Assembly (NCBI GenBank): GCA_041588495.1 | Contig: JBFGWM010000001.1 | Coordinates: 1-41,410 of the forward strand | Length of the DNA stretch: 41,410 bases | Source: Pseudomonadales bacterium | GTDB lineage: Bacteria > Pseudomonadota > Gammaproteobacteria > Pseudomonadales > JBFGWM01 | Reading direction: 5' to 3' | In this document: one piece after another, positions 9,620-19,179 of the stretch | How the letters are laid out: each line of letters begins with the position of its first letter | Numbering within the stretch: position 1 is the stretch's first letter | Notes under the pieces: generated by a model | Told to the model about the DNA's origin: nothing | The model's database searches: none | What the model saw: the letters and a program-made list of their open reading frames with translations, nothing else | Program-made: the position numbers and the translations under genes

Positions 9620-11316
9620 TGCTGGGACGCATCGCCTGGATCGTGGCGTTCCTGTGGCTGGTCTCCGTGACCCGCCACGGGATGGCCGAAGAGGGCGTGG
9701 TCGAGCCGCCGGAACCATCGCATCCTGGCGCCGTCGCCAGCGCCCATCCGCTGGCCACCGAGGCCGGCATCCAGATACTGCGTGCGGGGGGCAACGCCTT
9801 CGACGCCGCGGTTGCCGTTGCCGCGACACTGGGCGTGGTGGAACCCTACAGCGCCGGCATCGGGGGCGGCGGATTCTGGCTGCTGCGTTTCGGCAGCGAT
9901 GCCTCCTACCGGTTTGTCGATGCACGCGAGCAGGCGCCCGCAGCGGCGCATCGCGACATGTACCTCGACGACTCCGGCGAACCGATGGAGCGCGCCTCCC
10001 TCGACGGCCCGCTCGCCGCGGGCATCCCGGGCCAGGCGGCGGCCTTCGCCCACATCTCCGCCAGGTACGGCAAGCTCCCGCTGACGGTCACCCTGCAACC
10101 GGCCATCGAGATCGCCCGCAACGGGTTCCACGTCGACCAGGTGTACCAGCGGCTCGCCGTATACCGGGCCTCAGTGCTGCGCGCATTCCCGGAATCCAAG
10201 CGCATCTTTCTGCCCTCGGCGATCCCCCTGCAGGGCGACCGGATCGTGCAACCCCAGCTGGCCGAGACCCTGTACCGGCTCGCCGAGCACGGGCACGAGG
10301 GCTTTTACGGCGGTGTCACCGCAAGAAAGCTGGTGGATGCCGTCCGCGCCGCGGGCGGAATCTGGACCATGGCCGACCTCGCCGGATACCGGGTGATCGA
10401 ACGGCCGCCGATCGAGTTCACCTATCGCGGGCGGCGTGTCTACTCGGCGCCGCCGCCCTCTTCCGGAGGCATCGCGCTCGCCACCATCTTCAACATTCTC
10501 GCGCTCTGGGACCTCGACGAACTCGGCGAGACCGAGCGCACCCACCTGCTGGTCGAGGCCATGCGGCGTGCCTACCGCGATCGCGCCCTGTTTCTTGGCG
10601 ACCCGGACCACTACCCGGTCCCCAGCGCTTTGCTGACTTCCCGTGAGCACGCCATCCGCCTGGCCTCGGACATCCGCATGGACCGTGCCTCGAAAAGCGT
10701 GCTGCCGGTCAGCGGCTTTGCCCCGACGGCGACGGGAACCCACACGACCCACCTTTCAGTACTTGATGCCAACGGCAACGCGGTGTCTGCGACCCTCAGT
10801 ATCAACCTGCCGTTCGGCAGCGGGTTTACCGCTTCCGGCACCGGCGTGCTCCTCAACAACGAGATGGATGACTTTTCCGTGCGCCCCGGCACTCCGAATG
10901 CCTATGGCCTGGTCGGCGCGGCTGCCAATGCGATCGCACCCGGCAAACGGCCCCTGTCCAGCATGAGCCCGACGATCATCGAGGGCGGGTCGGAAACCGC
11001 GATCCTCGGCACACCCGGAGGCAGCCGCATCATCACCATGGTCCTGCTGGGTGCCCTCGAGCACTTCGATGACGAACCGCCCGAAAGCTGGGTTGGCCGC
11101 GAACGCTTTCATCACCAGTACCTGCCCGATGCGATCCAGCACGAACCGGATGCTTTCGCGGCCACGGTGCGCGCAGGTTTACGGCGGCGGGGCCACCGGC
11201 TGCGCTCGGTGGGTCGCACCTACGGCAACATGCAGGCCATCCTGTGGCGACGCACCCGGGGAGAAGTCGAGGCCGCATCGGATCCGCGTGGGATCGGCGC
11301 CGCCGCGGTGGAATGA
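9619..11316 (+). CDS. ggt: Gamma-glutamyltransferase
   Basis: The signal peptide is MLGRIAWIVAFLWLVSVTRHGMA. GIGGGGFWL is present. The autoprocessing/catalytic Thr context is GTHTTHLSVLDANGNAVSATLSIN. Also PLSSMSPTI and GGSRIIT. The track start at 9493 lies inside the ferredoxin gene and is rejected. Confidence 0.9.
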   Translation: MLGRIAWIVAFLWLVSVTRHGMAEEGVVEPPEPSHPGAVASAHPLATEAGIQILRAGGNAFDAAVAVAATLGVVEPYSAGIGGGGFWLLRFGSDASYRFVDAREQAPAAAHRDMYLDDSGEPMERASLDGPLAAGIPGQAAAFAHISARYGKLPLTVTLQPAIEIARNGFHVDQVYQRLAVYRASVLRAFPESKRIFLPSAIPLQGDRIVQPQLAETLYRLAEHGHEGFYGGVTARKLVDAVRAAGGIWTMADLAGYRVIERPPIEFTYRGRRVYSAPPPSSGGIALATIFNILALWDLDELGETERTHLLVEAMRRAYRDRALFLGDPDHYPVPSALLTSREHAIRLASDIRMDRASKSVLPVSGFAPTATGTHTTHLSVLDANGNAVSATLSINLPFGSGFTASGTGVLLNNEMDDFSVRPGTPNAYGLVGAAANAIAPGKRPLSSMSPTIIEGGSETAILGTPGGSRIITMVLLGALEHFDDEPPESWVGRERFHHQYLPDAIQHEPDAFAATVRAGLRRRGHRLRSVGRTYGNMQAILWRRTRGEVEAASDPRGIGAAAVE

Positions 11317-11350
11317 AAAACGGGCGCGCCCCGAGGGACGCGCCCGTTCG
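11316..11350. terminator. GC-rich hairpin between convergent ggt and the small minus-strand gene; better intrinsic terminator for the minus strand
   Basis: A 9-bp perfect stem, acgggcgcg (11320-11328) and cgcgcccgt (11339-11347), encloses a 10-nt loop. On the minus strand it is followed by TTTTT. On the plus strand only TT follows. Confidence 0.5.
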
Positions 11351-11360
11351 ATTCGGGACC

Positions 11361-11705
11361 TTACTCGGCGTAGCGGTGGGGTTGGATCTCTTCGTCGGTG
11401 AGGCGGTCAACGCAACCCAGGCAACGGAAGAAAGTCTGCTTGGCGGGTTCCAGCACCAGTGTGTTGGCGGCCTGGTCGACATTTTTGCCAAACAGGGAAA
11501 ACGGCAGGCTGACCACGAAAGTGGCCGCGCCAACGACCGTGATCAACAGCATGGCCGGGCGCGCAAAGATCGCATCGCCTGTCATGCGCAGTGCGCTCGG
11601 CTTTTCATCGAGCCTGGCCGCGTAGCCGGTCGCCGGCATGGCGAGAACGACGCTGGTCAGTACGGTCACGGTTACCCGCGCGGCGCGGGAGCGAAAACTG
11701 TTCAT
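11361..11705 (-). CDS. Small exported/membrane protein of unknown function (114 aa)
   Basis: GAGGAG lies 8 nt upstream of the ATG. Third codon positions are GC-rich like the neighbouring genes. A signal-like N-terminus (VTVTVLTSVVLAMPATGYA) is followed by a second hydrophobic helix (AMLLITVVGAATFVVSLPFSLF) and a CxxC (FFRCLGCVD). It is co-oriented with and downstream of mutM. I do not recognise the family. Confidence 0.65.
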   Translation of the reverse strand: MNSFRSRAARVTVTVLTSVVLAMPATGYAARLDEKPSALRMTGDAIFARPAMLLITVVGAATFVVSLPFSLFGKNVDQAANTLVLEPAKQTFFRCLGCVDRLTDEEIQPHRYAE

Positions 11706-11779
11706 GTGTCCATCTCCTCGGAGAGAGATCCAGGATACTTCCTAATATAGACCATCTGCTGTCTGGCGGGCGAGAAAGT

Positions 11780-12604
11780 CTAACGCTGGCAAGCCGGACA
11801 GAATACGCTGGCGCGCTGCCCGATACTCACCAGGCGCATGGGCGTGGAGCAGGTCCGGCACGGCTCGCCCGCGCGGCCATAGGCGAAAAGCTCCTGGCTG
11901 AAATATCCCGGCTGACCGCGACCGTCGACGTAATCGCGCAATGTCGTCCCGCCACGCAGGATCGCCCGCTCCAGGACCTCACGAATCGTTGCGGCGAGGC
12001 GTTCATAGCGCGCCCGCGCAATCCGCCCCGCTTGGCGTCGTGGGTCAATACCTGCATGGAACAGGGCCTCCGTCGCGTAGATGTTGCCGACCCCGACCAC
12101 CACCGCGGCGTCCATGATGAACGCCTTCACCGCGACCCGGCGACCGCGGCTGCGCCGGTAAAGGTGGGCGCCATCGAATTGCGACGACAGCGGTTCAGGC
12201 CCCAGGCCGGCAAGCAGTTCGTGGCTCTCCTGCTCGTCCCGGTCCCCGGTGGCCCAGAGCAGGCAGCCGAAACGGCGCGGATCACAAAACCGCAACACGC
12301 GGCCGTTGTCGAGGCAGATATCGAAATGATCGTGACGTCCGGGCGGAGCGTCGGGATCCACGATCCGCAGGCTGCCCGACATGCCGAGATGGAGCAACAG
12401 GGCACCCTCCCCGCAATCCGCAAGCAGGTACTTGCCGCGCCGTCGCAGGCAACGAATACGCCGCCCGCGCAAGCGCTGGCCGAGGTCCGCCGGAACCGGC
12501 CAGCGCAGGCGCGGCTCACGGACGACCAGGCGCTGCACGCGGGCGCCCTCGAGATAAGGAGCGATTCCGCGGCGGGTGGTTTCAACTTCCGGAAGCTCGG
12601 GCAT
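11780..12604 (-). CDS. mutM: Formamidopyrimidine-DNA glycosylase
   Basis: [14 protein letters not shown] (catalytic N-terminal Pro after Met removal), the H2TH region and the C-terminal zinc finger [26 protein letters not shown]. The start is set at the second Met of MPMPELPEV. Confidence 0.92.
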   Translation of the reverse strand: MPELPEVETTRRGIAPYLEGARVQRLVVREPRLRWPVPADLGQRLRGRRIRCLRRRGKYLLADCGEGALLLHLGMSGSLRIVDPDAPPGRHDHFDICLDNGRVLRFCDPRRFGCLLWATGDRDEQESHELLAGLGPEPLSSQFDGAHLYRRSRGRRVAVKAFIMDAAVVVGVGNIYATEALFHAGIDPRRQAGRIARARYERLAATIREVLERAILRGGTTLRDYVDGRGQPGYFSQELFAYGRAGEPCRTCSTPMRLVSIGQRASVFCPACQR

Positions 12605-12705
12605 CGGCACTCCGCGTGAAGGGTCTCTCGGCGCGGCGGCCGACCTGCACTACAATGGCCTGCGCCAACCATCGCAGATGGCCGCCCAGGCGGCCGGGGC
12701 CAAGC

Positions 12706-14676
12706 ATGATACTGGGTATCGATACCGGCGGCACGTTTACCGATTTCGTGCTTTTGATGGACGGCCGGATCCGCATCCACAAGGTGCTCTCCACCCCCGA
12801 GGCACCGGAGCGGGCAATTCTTGCGGGTATCCGCGACCTCGGCGTGGAGGCGGCGGTGACCCAGGGGCGGGCACGCATCATCCACGGCACCACCATCGCC
12901 ACCAACGCGGCCCTGCAACGCCGTGGTGTGCCGACCGCCTACATCACCAACTCCGGTCTCACCGATACCCTGAGTATCGGCCGCCAGACGCGCCCCGATC
13001 TGTACGGCCTGGAGTTCACGGCTGAACCACCGCCGGTCTCGGCTGATCACTGTCTTGCGGTGACCGCGCGCATGGACGCGGCGGGCAACGAGATCCAGGC
13101 GCTACAGGACACCGAGATTGCGGCCCTGCGCGAGGCGGTTGCCGCAACGGGGGTCGAGGCCGTCGCCATCAACCTGCTGTTTTCCTTCCTCGACGATCGC
13201 CACGAAAGGCGGATTGCCGCGGCCCTCGACGACCTGGCCTTCGTATCCCGGTCCTCCGAGGTGCTTCCCGAGTACCGGGAGTATGAGCGCGGCATCGCCA
13301 CCTGGCTGAACGCGTGGCTGGGCCCCCTGGTTTCCCGCTATCTCGCGCGCCTGGACAACGCCACCGGGAGGACCAGCCTCGCCGTGATGCAGTCCTCGGG
13401 CGTCACCATCGCAGCGAACCAGGCGGCGTCCAGGGCGGTCAACCTCCTCCTTTCAGGCCCGGCCGGCGGCGTTACGGCGGCGGCATTCATCGGCCGGCAG
13501 ACCGGCAGGTGCCGCCTGCTGACCTTCGACATGGGCGGCACCTCAACGGACGTGGCCCTGGTCGACGGCGCGCCGTCCCTGGGCACCGAGGGCAGGATCG
13601 GGCCGTGGCCCCTGGCGGTTCCGTCGCTGGACATCCACACGATCGGCGCCGGGGGCGGTTCGATCGCCTACCTCGACGAGGGCGGCATGCTGCGCGTCGG
13701 TCCCGCCTCGGCGGGCGCCAGCCCCGGCCCCGCGTGCTACGGGCTGGGCGGGGTGCAGCCCACTGTCACCGACGCCAACGTCGTGCTCGGGCGGCTACGT
13801 CCCGACCACTTTCTGGGAGGCCGGATGCAGTTGGATGAGCGCGCTGCCCACGCGGCGGTCGCCGGCCTCGCTGAACGTGCAGGGCTGGCGCCTTCCGCCA
13901 TGGCGGAAGGTATCGTGCAGGTCGCCAACCAGCACATGAGCGGCGCATTGCGGGTGATTTCGATCAACAAGGGCCATGATCCGCGGGACTTCCAGCTGTG
14001 CTGCTTCGGAGGCGCCGGTGGGCTCCACGTCTGTGCACTGGCCGACGCCCTGCAGGTCGACGGCATTCTGCTTCCCGCTAATGCGGGCGTTTTCTCCGCC
14101 CTGGGCATGCCCGCCGCGGCTCCCGGGCGCGAGGTCTCGGTCACCCATCGCACGCTGCTGCGCGAAGCAATGGGTGACCCGATCGAGACGCTTTACGCGC
14201 AACTCGAGGAGCAGGGCCGTTCGGAACTCGTCGCGGAAGGCATCGCCGCGAGCGAAATCCGGACCGACCGCTTCGCCGATCTGCGCTACGCGGGACAGTC
14301 CCATGCGCTCACGGTTCCCTGGCGCGGCGTCACGCCCACCGGCGACGATTTCGAAGCCCTGCACGAGCAACGCTACGGCCACCGACTTTCCGGGGAGCCG
14401 GTGGAACTGGTCACCCTGCGAGCCACCCTGCATGCCAGCGCCGCTCTGGAATCACTGCCGACCGCGCCGGCGAGGCCGGTCGCGGAGCCCGTGTCCAGCG
14501 CCACCCTGGCGGGTATCAAAGGGCCGGTCGCGGTCCACCAGCGGGACCTGCTCGGGGCGCGGGCCGAAATCAGGGGACCGGCACTGATCATTGAGGAAAC
14601 CGCCACCACCTGGGTCGCACCGGGATGGACCGCGGCCGTTGACGACTGGGAAAACCTGCGCATGACCCGGAATTGA
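12706..14676 (+). CDS. Hydantoinase/oxoprolinase family protein, HyuA-type (ATP-hydrolysing A subunit-like), no HyuB partner in window
   Basis: MILGIDTGGTFTDFVL (ASKHA-fold phosphate-1 motif) and FDMGGTSTDVALV (second DxGGT motif). About 656 aa, typical of HyuA / acetone carboxylase beta / the 5-oxoprolinase N-half. The track start at 12616 is replaced by the ATG at 12706. Confidence 0.85.
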   Translation: MILGIDTGGTFTDFVLLMDGRIRIHKVLSTPEAPERAILAGIRDLGVEAAVTQGRARIIHGTTIATNAALQRRGVPTAYITNSGLTDTLSIGRQTRPDLYGLEFTAEPPPVSADHCLAVTARMDAAGNEIQALQDTEIAALREAVAATGVEAVAINLLFSFLDDRHERRIAAALDDLAFVSRSSEVLPEYREYERGIATWLNAWLGPLVSRYLARLDNATGRTSLAVMQSSGVTIAANQAASRAVNLLLSGPAGGVTAAAFIGRQTGRCRLLTFDMGGTSTDVALVDGAPSLGTEGRIGPWPLAVPSLDIHTIGAGGGSIAYLDEGGMLRVGPASAGASPGPACYGLGGVQPTVTDANVVLGRLRPDHFLGGRMQLDERAAHAAVAGLAERAGLAPSAMAEGIVQVANQHMSGALRVISINKGHDPRDFQLCCFGGAGGLHVCALADALQVDGILLPANAGVFSALGMPAAAPGREVSVTHRTLLREAMGDPIETLYAQLEEQGRSELVAEGIAASEIRTDRFADLRYAGQSHALTVPWRGVTPTGDDFEALHEQRYGHRLSGEPVELVTLRATLHASAALESLPTAPARPVAEPVSSATLAGIKGPVAVHQRDLLGARAEIRGPALIIEETATTWVAPGWTAAVDDWENLRMTRN

Positions 14677-14783
14677 TGCTACATTTTCGCAGCCGGAAGA
14701 TTGGTTCATAATAAGAGGGTAATCAGTGCCACCGCGGGTTCCGCCGCCGGTCCCGGCACAGCGTGCAAATCGAGAGGATACAA

Positions 14784-15971
14784 ATGGACTGGATAAATGG
14801 ATTGCTGGGATTCAGCTGGTGGCAGGTGTTACTGGCGGCGCTGGTTCTGACCCACATCACCATCGTCAGCGTGACGGTCTACCTGCACCGCCATTCGGCG
14901 CACCGCTCCCTGGAGCTGCATCCGGGCTTGAGTCACTTTTTCCGCTTCTGGTTGTGGATGACCACCGGGATGAACACCCGTGAGTGGACCGCCATCCACC
15001 GCAAGCACCACGCCCGTTGCGACACCGAGGAGGATCCCCACAGCCCGGTGGTTCTCGGGCTCAAGGAGGTCCTGCTGCGCGGCACCGAGCTATACCAGGC
15101 GGAATCCCGCAACCAGGAAACCCTGGAGAAATTCGGGCAGGGAACGCCGGATGATTTCATGGAGCGACATTTCTATACCGGGCGTCCCAATCTCGGCATC
15201 GCGCTGATGGCGGTGATCGACCTGCTCCTGTTCGGGCCCCTGGGCGCCACGGTCTGGGCGCTGCAGATGGCATGGATTCCGGTTTTCGCCGCCGGGGTCG
15301 TGAACGGCATCGGGCACTACTGGGGCTACCGCAACTTCGAATGTCGCGATGCGGCCACCAATATCGTCCCCTGGGGCATCCTGATCGGGGGCGAGGAACT
15401 GCACAACAACCACCACACCTATCCGAACTCGGCGCGCCTGGCGTTCCGCAAGTGGGAGGTGGACCTCGGCTGGCAGTACATCCGCCTGTTCAGCTGGCTG
15501 GGCCTGGCGCAGGTACGTTATGCCGGACCGATCGCCTACCAGGTGGAGGGCAAGGACAAGCTGGACAGCGACACCCTGCTGGCGGTCATCAACAACCGCT
15601 TCCAGATTCTCGCCCAGTACCGGCGCGATGTGCTTGGCCCCGTGCTCGGCGAGGAACTGCGCAAGCTGGACCGCTCGGCGCGGAAAATGTTCCGCCGCGC
15701 GCAGTCCCTGCTGTCACGGGAGCAGACCCTGATCGACGGGGAAGGCGAACAACGAATCCGCAGCATGCTGGAACAAAGCCAGACCCTGAAAGTGATCTAC
15801 GAGAAACGCCTCGCGCTGCAGGCGATCTGGCAACGGACCTCGGCCAGCAATGCGGAGAAACTTGCCGCCCTGCGGGAATGGTGCGGCCAGGCCGAGGCCA
15901 GCGGCATCCAGGCCCTCCAGGAATTCGCACGCCAGCTGAAGAGTTACTCGTTGCAACCGCAGCCGGCCTGA
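14784..15971 (+). CDS. desA: Membrane fatty-acid (acyl-lipid/acyl-CoA) desaturase, DesA-like
   Basis: Three His boxes are present: HRHSAH, HRKHH and HNNHHTYP. An N-terminal TM segment and the long C-terminal helical extension are as in Pseudomonas DesA-type enzymes. GAGAGGA lies 5-6 nt upstream of the ATG at 14784. Confidence 0.85.
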   Translation: MDWINGLLGFSWWQVLLAALVLTHITIVSVTVYLHRHSAHRSLELHPGLSHFFRFWLWMTTGMNTREWTAIHRKHHARCDTEEDPHSPVVLGLKEVLLRGTELYQAESRNQETLEKFGQGTPDDFMERHFYTGRPNLGIALMAVIDLLLFGPLGATVWALQMAWIPVFAAGVVNGIGHYWGYRNFECRDAATNIVPWGILIGGEELHNNHHTYPNSARLAFRKWEVDLGWQYIRLFSWLGLAQVRYAGPIAYQVEGKDKLDSDTLLAVINNRFQILAQYRRDVLGPVLGEELRKLDRSARKMFRRAQSLLSREQTLIDGEGEQRIRSMLEQSQTLKVIYEKRLALQAIWQRTSASNAEKLAALREWCGQAEASGIQALQEFARQLKSYSLQPQPA

Positions 15972-15987
15972 GCTCTCCGGCGACCAC

Positions 15988-16018
15988 AAAAAAGCCCGGC
16001 AGTTTGCCGGGCTTTTTT
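15988..16018. terminator. Bidirectional rho-independent terminator shared by desA (+) and rpmG (-)
   Basis: AAAAAA, then stem agcccggc, loop agtt(t), stem gccgggct, then TTTTTT. The A-run and T-run flank the hairpin, so it can terminate both strands. Confidence 0.7.
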
Positions 16019-16089
16019 ATTGGCCGAATCTTGTAAGGTACCTCTGCACGTGCTCCCGTCAGTCCGGTCGCAAACGATGCAGGAAACGC

Positions 16090-16245
16090 TTACTTGATCT
16101 TCGATTCCTTGTAGGGAACGTGCTTCCGGACCACCGGGTCGTACTTCTTGATTTCCATCTTTTCCGGCATGGTCCGCTTGTTCTTGGTGGTCGTGTAATA
16201 GTGGCCGGTACCGGCGGAAGACACGAGCTTGATCTTGTCACGCAT
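16090..16245 (-). CDS. rpmG: 50S ribosomal protein L33
   Basis: Manual translation gives [50 protein letters not shown] (51 aa). It is below the ORF-track length cutoff and lies immediately downstream of rpmB. Confidence 0.93.
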   Translation of the reverse strand: MRDKIKLVSSAGTGHYYTTTKNKRTMPEKMEIKKYDPVVRKHVPYKESKIK

Positions 16246-16275
16246 GATTGGCAATCCTCTCCAGTAAACCGGCGC

Positions 16276-16512
16276 TCAGACTTTCTCGCCGCGCGCGCGC
16301 AACTCGGCGAGCACGGCGTCGATGCCACGCTTGTCGATGACCCGCATGCCCTTGGCGCTGATCCGCAGGCGCACGAACCGCTTCTCGCTTTCGACCCAGA
16401 AGCGGTGGTACTGCAGGTTGGGCATGAAGCGACGGCGCGTCTTGTTGTGCGCGTGGGAGACGTTGTTCCCGGACATCGGCCGCTTGCCGGTGACCTGGCA
16501 TACTTTCGACAT
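16276..16512 (-). CDS. rpmB: 50S ribosomal protein L28
   Basis: [78 protein letters not shown] (78 aa). The track ORF 16276..16626 carries a spurious N-terminal extension. Confidence 0.95.
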   Translation of the reverse strand: MSKVCQVTGKRPMSGNNVSHAHNKTRRRFMPNLQYHRFWVESEKRFVRLRISAKGMRVIDKRGIDAVLAELRARGEKV

Positions 16513-16578
16513 GACGAAATTCCTTGCTGGCGTTCCTGGGAGCCCTTGCGGGGGCTGGTCCCGAAAAAAAGAGCGCGA

Positions 16579-16607
16579 TTTATACCAGAACCCGCCCCCC
16601 TGTGCAA
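16579..16607 (-). promoter_or_regulatory. Putative sigma70 promoter of rpmB-rpmG
   Basis: The minus strand reads TTGCAC, then 17 nt, then TATAAA, about 65 nt upstream of the rpmB ATG and just after the radC stop. This is a pattern match only. Confidence 0.4.
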
Positions 16608-16616
16608 GAAGTGGGC

Positions 16617-17291
16617 TCAGATCCATCCCCGCCGGGCGAAGGAAACCACGCGCCCGCGGCCCACCACCACGTGGTCCAGCACCCGCACGTCCACCAGCGC
16701 CAGCGCGTCCACGAGGCGCCGGGTGATGTGGCGGTCCGCCGCGCTGGGCTCGGGCACCCCGGAAGGGTGGTTATGGGCGAGAATCACCGCGCCGGCATTA
16801 TGGTACAGGGTCCGCTTGACCACCTCTCGCGGGTAAACACTGGCCCCGTCGAGCGTGCCCCGGAAAAGTTCCTCGCAGGCGACAACCCGGTGCTGGGCAT
16901 CGAGGAACAGGCAGCAGAAAACCTCGTGGGGGCGATCGTGAAGACAGGACTGCAGGTAGCGCTCGGCCTGGGCAGGCGAGGACAGCGGTTCGGAACCCGT
17001 GAACTCCTCGTAGAGGTGCCTGCGGGCCAACTCAAGCCCGGCCTGGAGCAGGGCGTAGCGGGCCCGCCCCAGGCCCGGCCGCGCACAAAAGTCGCCCGGA
17101 CCGGCGCCCAGCAGACCCCGCAATCCGCCGAAATCCGCCAGGGTTGTTCGCGCAAGCTCCACCGCGTCCATGCCTTTCACACCGGTACCCAGGAACAACG
17201 CCACGAGCTCGGCGTCCGACAATATCCCGGCACCCTGCGCCAACAGTTTCTCCCGCGGCCGCTCGGCCACGGGCCAGTCACATATCGCCAT
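16617..17291 (-). CDS. radC: RadC-family JAB/MPN-domain protein
   Basis: The N-terminus [26 protein letters not shown] has HhH-like character. The C-terminal JAB motif is [24 protein letters not shown]. Confidence 0.9.
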   Translation of the reverse strand: MAICDWPVAERPREKLLAQGAGILSDAELVALFLGTGVKGMDAVELARTTLADFGGLRGLLGAGPGDFCARPGLGRARYALLQAGLELARRHLYEEFTGSEPLSSPAQAERYLQSCLHDRPHEVFCCLFLDAQHRVVACEELFRGTLDGASVYPREVVKRTLYHNAGAVILAHNHPSGVPEPSAADRHITRRLVDALALVDVRVLDHVVVGRGRVVSFARRGWI

Positions 17292-17418
17292 GTTACCTCC
17301 CTGTAAGCATGTCGATCCTGGTTCCCGCCACGCTCCGCCACGTCGGTTCCACTGGGTTCCGTTGCGGTGGTATCTTTAGCGGCGGCGCGACCTTGCGTCG
17401 CGCGCAGCGGCGAATCCT

Positions 17419-18630
17419 ATGCAAAGGCTCACCAACAAGCAAATCCTGCTCGGCATCACCGGGGGCATCGCCGCCTACAAGTGCGGCGAGCTGGTCCGTC
17501 GCCTGCGCGATCATGGCGCGGAAGTTCGCGTGGCGATGACCCCGGCGGCCACTGAATTCATCACACCACTGACCATGCAGGCCCTCTCCGGGCACCCCGT
17601 CCATACCGACCTCGTGGATGTCGCGGCGGAGGCCGGCATGGGACATATCGAGCTGGCGCGCTGGGCCGACCTGGTGGTCGTCGCGCCGGCGAGCGCTGAC
17701 TTCCTGGCGCGCCTGGCCGCCGGCCAGGCGGATGATCTGCTCGCCGCCGTGTGCCTCGCCACCGCGGCGCCCGTCGCCGTGGCTCCGGCCATGAACCAGA
17801 TGATGTGGCAGGATCGCCGCACCCAGGACAACCTGGCGCGAATCGCCGAACTCGGGTACCCGGTCTGGGGCCCGGCCGAAGGCGCCCAGGCCTGCGGGGA
17901 AACCGGGCCGGGCCGCATGCTCGAGCCCGGCGACCTGCTCGGCCACATCGCTGCGATGTTCGAAAGCCGGGTACTCGACGGCCGCCACGTGGTGATCACC
18001 GCCGGGCCGACCCGGGAGAAAATCGACCCGGTGCGCTACGTGAGCAATTACAGCTCCGGCAAGATGGGTTTCGCGCTCGCCGAGGCCGCGGTCGCCGCCG
18101 GCGCCCGGGTGACCCTGGTGAGCGGCCCGGTCAACCTGGACACACCGCCCCGCGTGCAGCGGGTCGATGTCGAGAGCGCCGGGGAAATGCTGGATGCCGT
18201 GATGGACGTGGTCCGGGGCGCCGACGTGTTCATCTCCGCGGCCGCCGTGGCCGATTACCGTCCGCGCGAGGCAGCGCCCCAGAAATTGAAAAAGACCGGC
18301 GTCAGCATGGTCATCGAACTCGAGCGCAACCGGGATATCCTCGCCGAGGTCGCCGCCGGCCCGGAGGCGCCTTTTTGCGTGGGGTTTGCCGCAGAGTCCA
18401 CCGCACTCGAAAAGCATGCCCTGGAAAAGCTGCGGACCAAGAAACTCGACCTGATCGTGGCCAACGACATCACCCGGCCCGACACGGGCTTCGAAAGTGA
18501 CCACAACGCCGTCACCATCCTCTACCCCGATGGCCGGCAGAAACCGCTGGGCCAGGCGACCAAGTTCCGCATCGCCCAGCAGATCATTGAACTCATCGCT
18601 CCCGAACTCGAGGACATACCCCATGCATAA
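17419..18630 (+). CDS. coaBC: Bifunctional phosphopantothenoylcysteine decarboxylase / phosphopantothenate-cysteine ligase
   Basis: [13 protein letters not shown] (flavoprotein N-domain), PAMNQMMW, and [25 protein letters not shown] (CoaB domain). It is divergent from radC, as in E. coli and Pseudomonas. Confidence 0.93.
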   Translation: MQRLTNKQILLGITGGIAAYKCGELVRRLRDHGAEVRVAMTPAATEFITPLTMQALSGHPVHTDLVDVAAEAGMGHIELARWADLVVVAPASADFLARLAAGQADDLLAAVCLATAAPVAVAPAMNQMMWQDRRTQDNLARIAELGYPVWGPAEGAQACGETGPGRMLEPGDLLGHIAAMFESRVLDGRHVVITAGPTREKIDPVRYVSNYSSGKMGFALAEAAVAAGARVTLVSGPVNLDTPPRVQRVDVESAGEMLDAVMDVVRGADVFISAAAVADYRPREAAPQKLKKTGVSMVIELERNRDILAEVAAGPEAPFCVGFAAESTALEKHALEKLRTKKLDLIVANDITRPDTGFESDHNAVTILYPDGRQKPLGQATKFRIAQQIIELIAPELEDIPHA

Positions 18631-19078
18631 ACTGGCCGTCAGAATTCTCCGCGACCAGGTCGGCACCCGGATACCGATGCCGCATTACGCGACCACGGGC
18701 TCCGCGGGGATGGACCTCAGGGCCTGCCTCGACGAACCCCTGTGCCTCGAGCCCGGGGCGTCGGAACTGGTGCCCACGGGGCTCGCGGTCCACATCGCGG
18801 ACCCGGGCCTGGCCGGCATGATCCTCCCACGCTCGGGGCTGGGGCACCGTCACGGTATCGTGCTCGGAAACCTGGTGGGACTGATTGATTCGGACTACCA
18901 GGGCGAGCTGATGATTTCAGCCTGGAACCGCGGCAGCAGCGCGTTCACCATCGAACCGGGAGAGCGGCTCGCTCAGTTTGTCCTGGTACCGGTGGTACAG
19001 GCCGACCTGGAGATCGTCGACGAATTCACGGACAGTGAACGGGGCAGCGGCGGCTTCGGCCATTCGGGCCGTCACTGA
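18623..19078 (+). CDS. dut: dUTP diphosphatase
   Basis: [40 protein letters not shown] and [13 protein letters not shown]. The internal ATG at 18623 overlaps the coaBC end by 8 nt. Confidence 0.93.
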   Translation: MHKLAVRILRDQVGTRIPMPHYATTGSAGMDLRACLDEPLCLEPGASELVPTGLAVHIADPGLAGMILPRSGLGHRHGIVLGNLVGLIDSDYQGELMISAWNRGSSAFTIEPGERLAQFVLVPVVQADLEIVDEFTDSERGSGGFGHSGRH

Positions 19079-19179
19079 GGCATTTCACGTTGCCGGCAAG
19101 GCCGGGTTCGGCAATCGCCGCGACTGGCGACGGCTAACTATAATAGAATTTTCGACACCGGTGCGATCGGGGAAATTCC

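Noticed and set aside
9654-10646. 330-aa Arg-rich alternative-frame ORF inside ggt
   Set aside because: It shares the strand with ggt but lies in another frame. R, G and P dominate. The ggt frame has the catalytic Thr context and a signal peptide.
11337-11352. T-loop-like string gttcgattc suggestive of a tRNA
   Set aside because: It is the descending arm and tail of the ggt-side terminator hairpin. No acceptor stem, anticodon arm or D-arm can be drawn around it.
17293-18666. 457-aa minus-strand ORF opposite coaBC
   Set aside because: The sense strand encodes a complete CoaBC with all hallmark motifs. The antisense translation is featureless.
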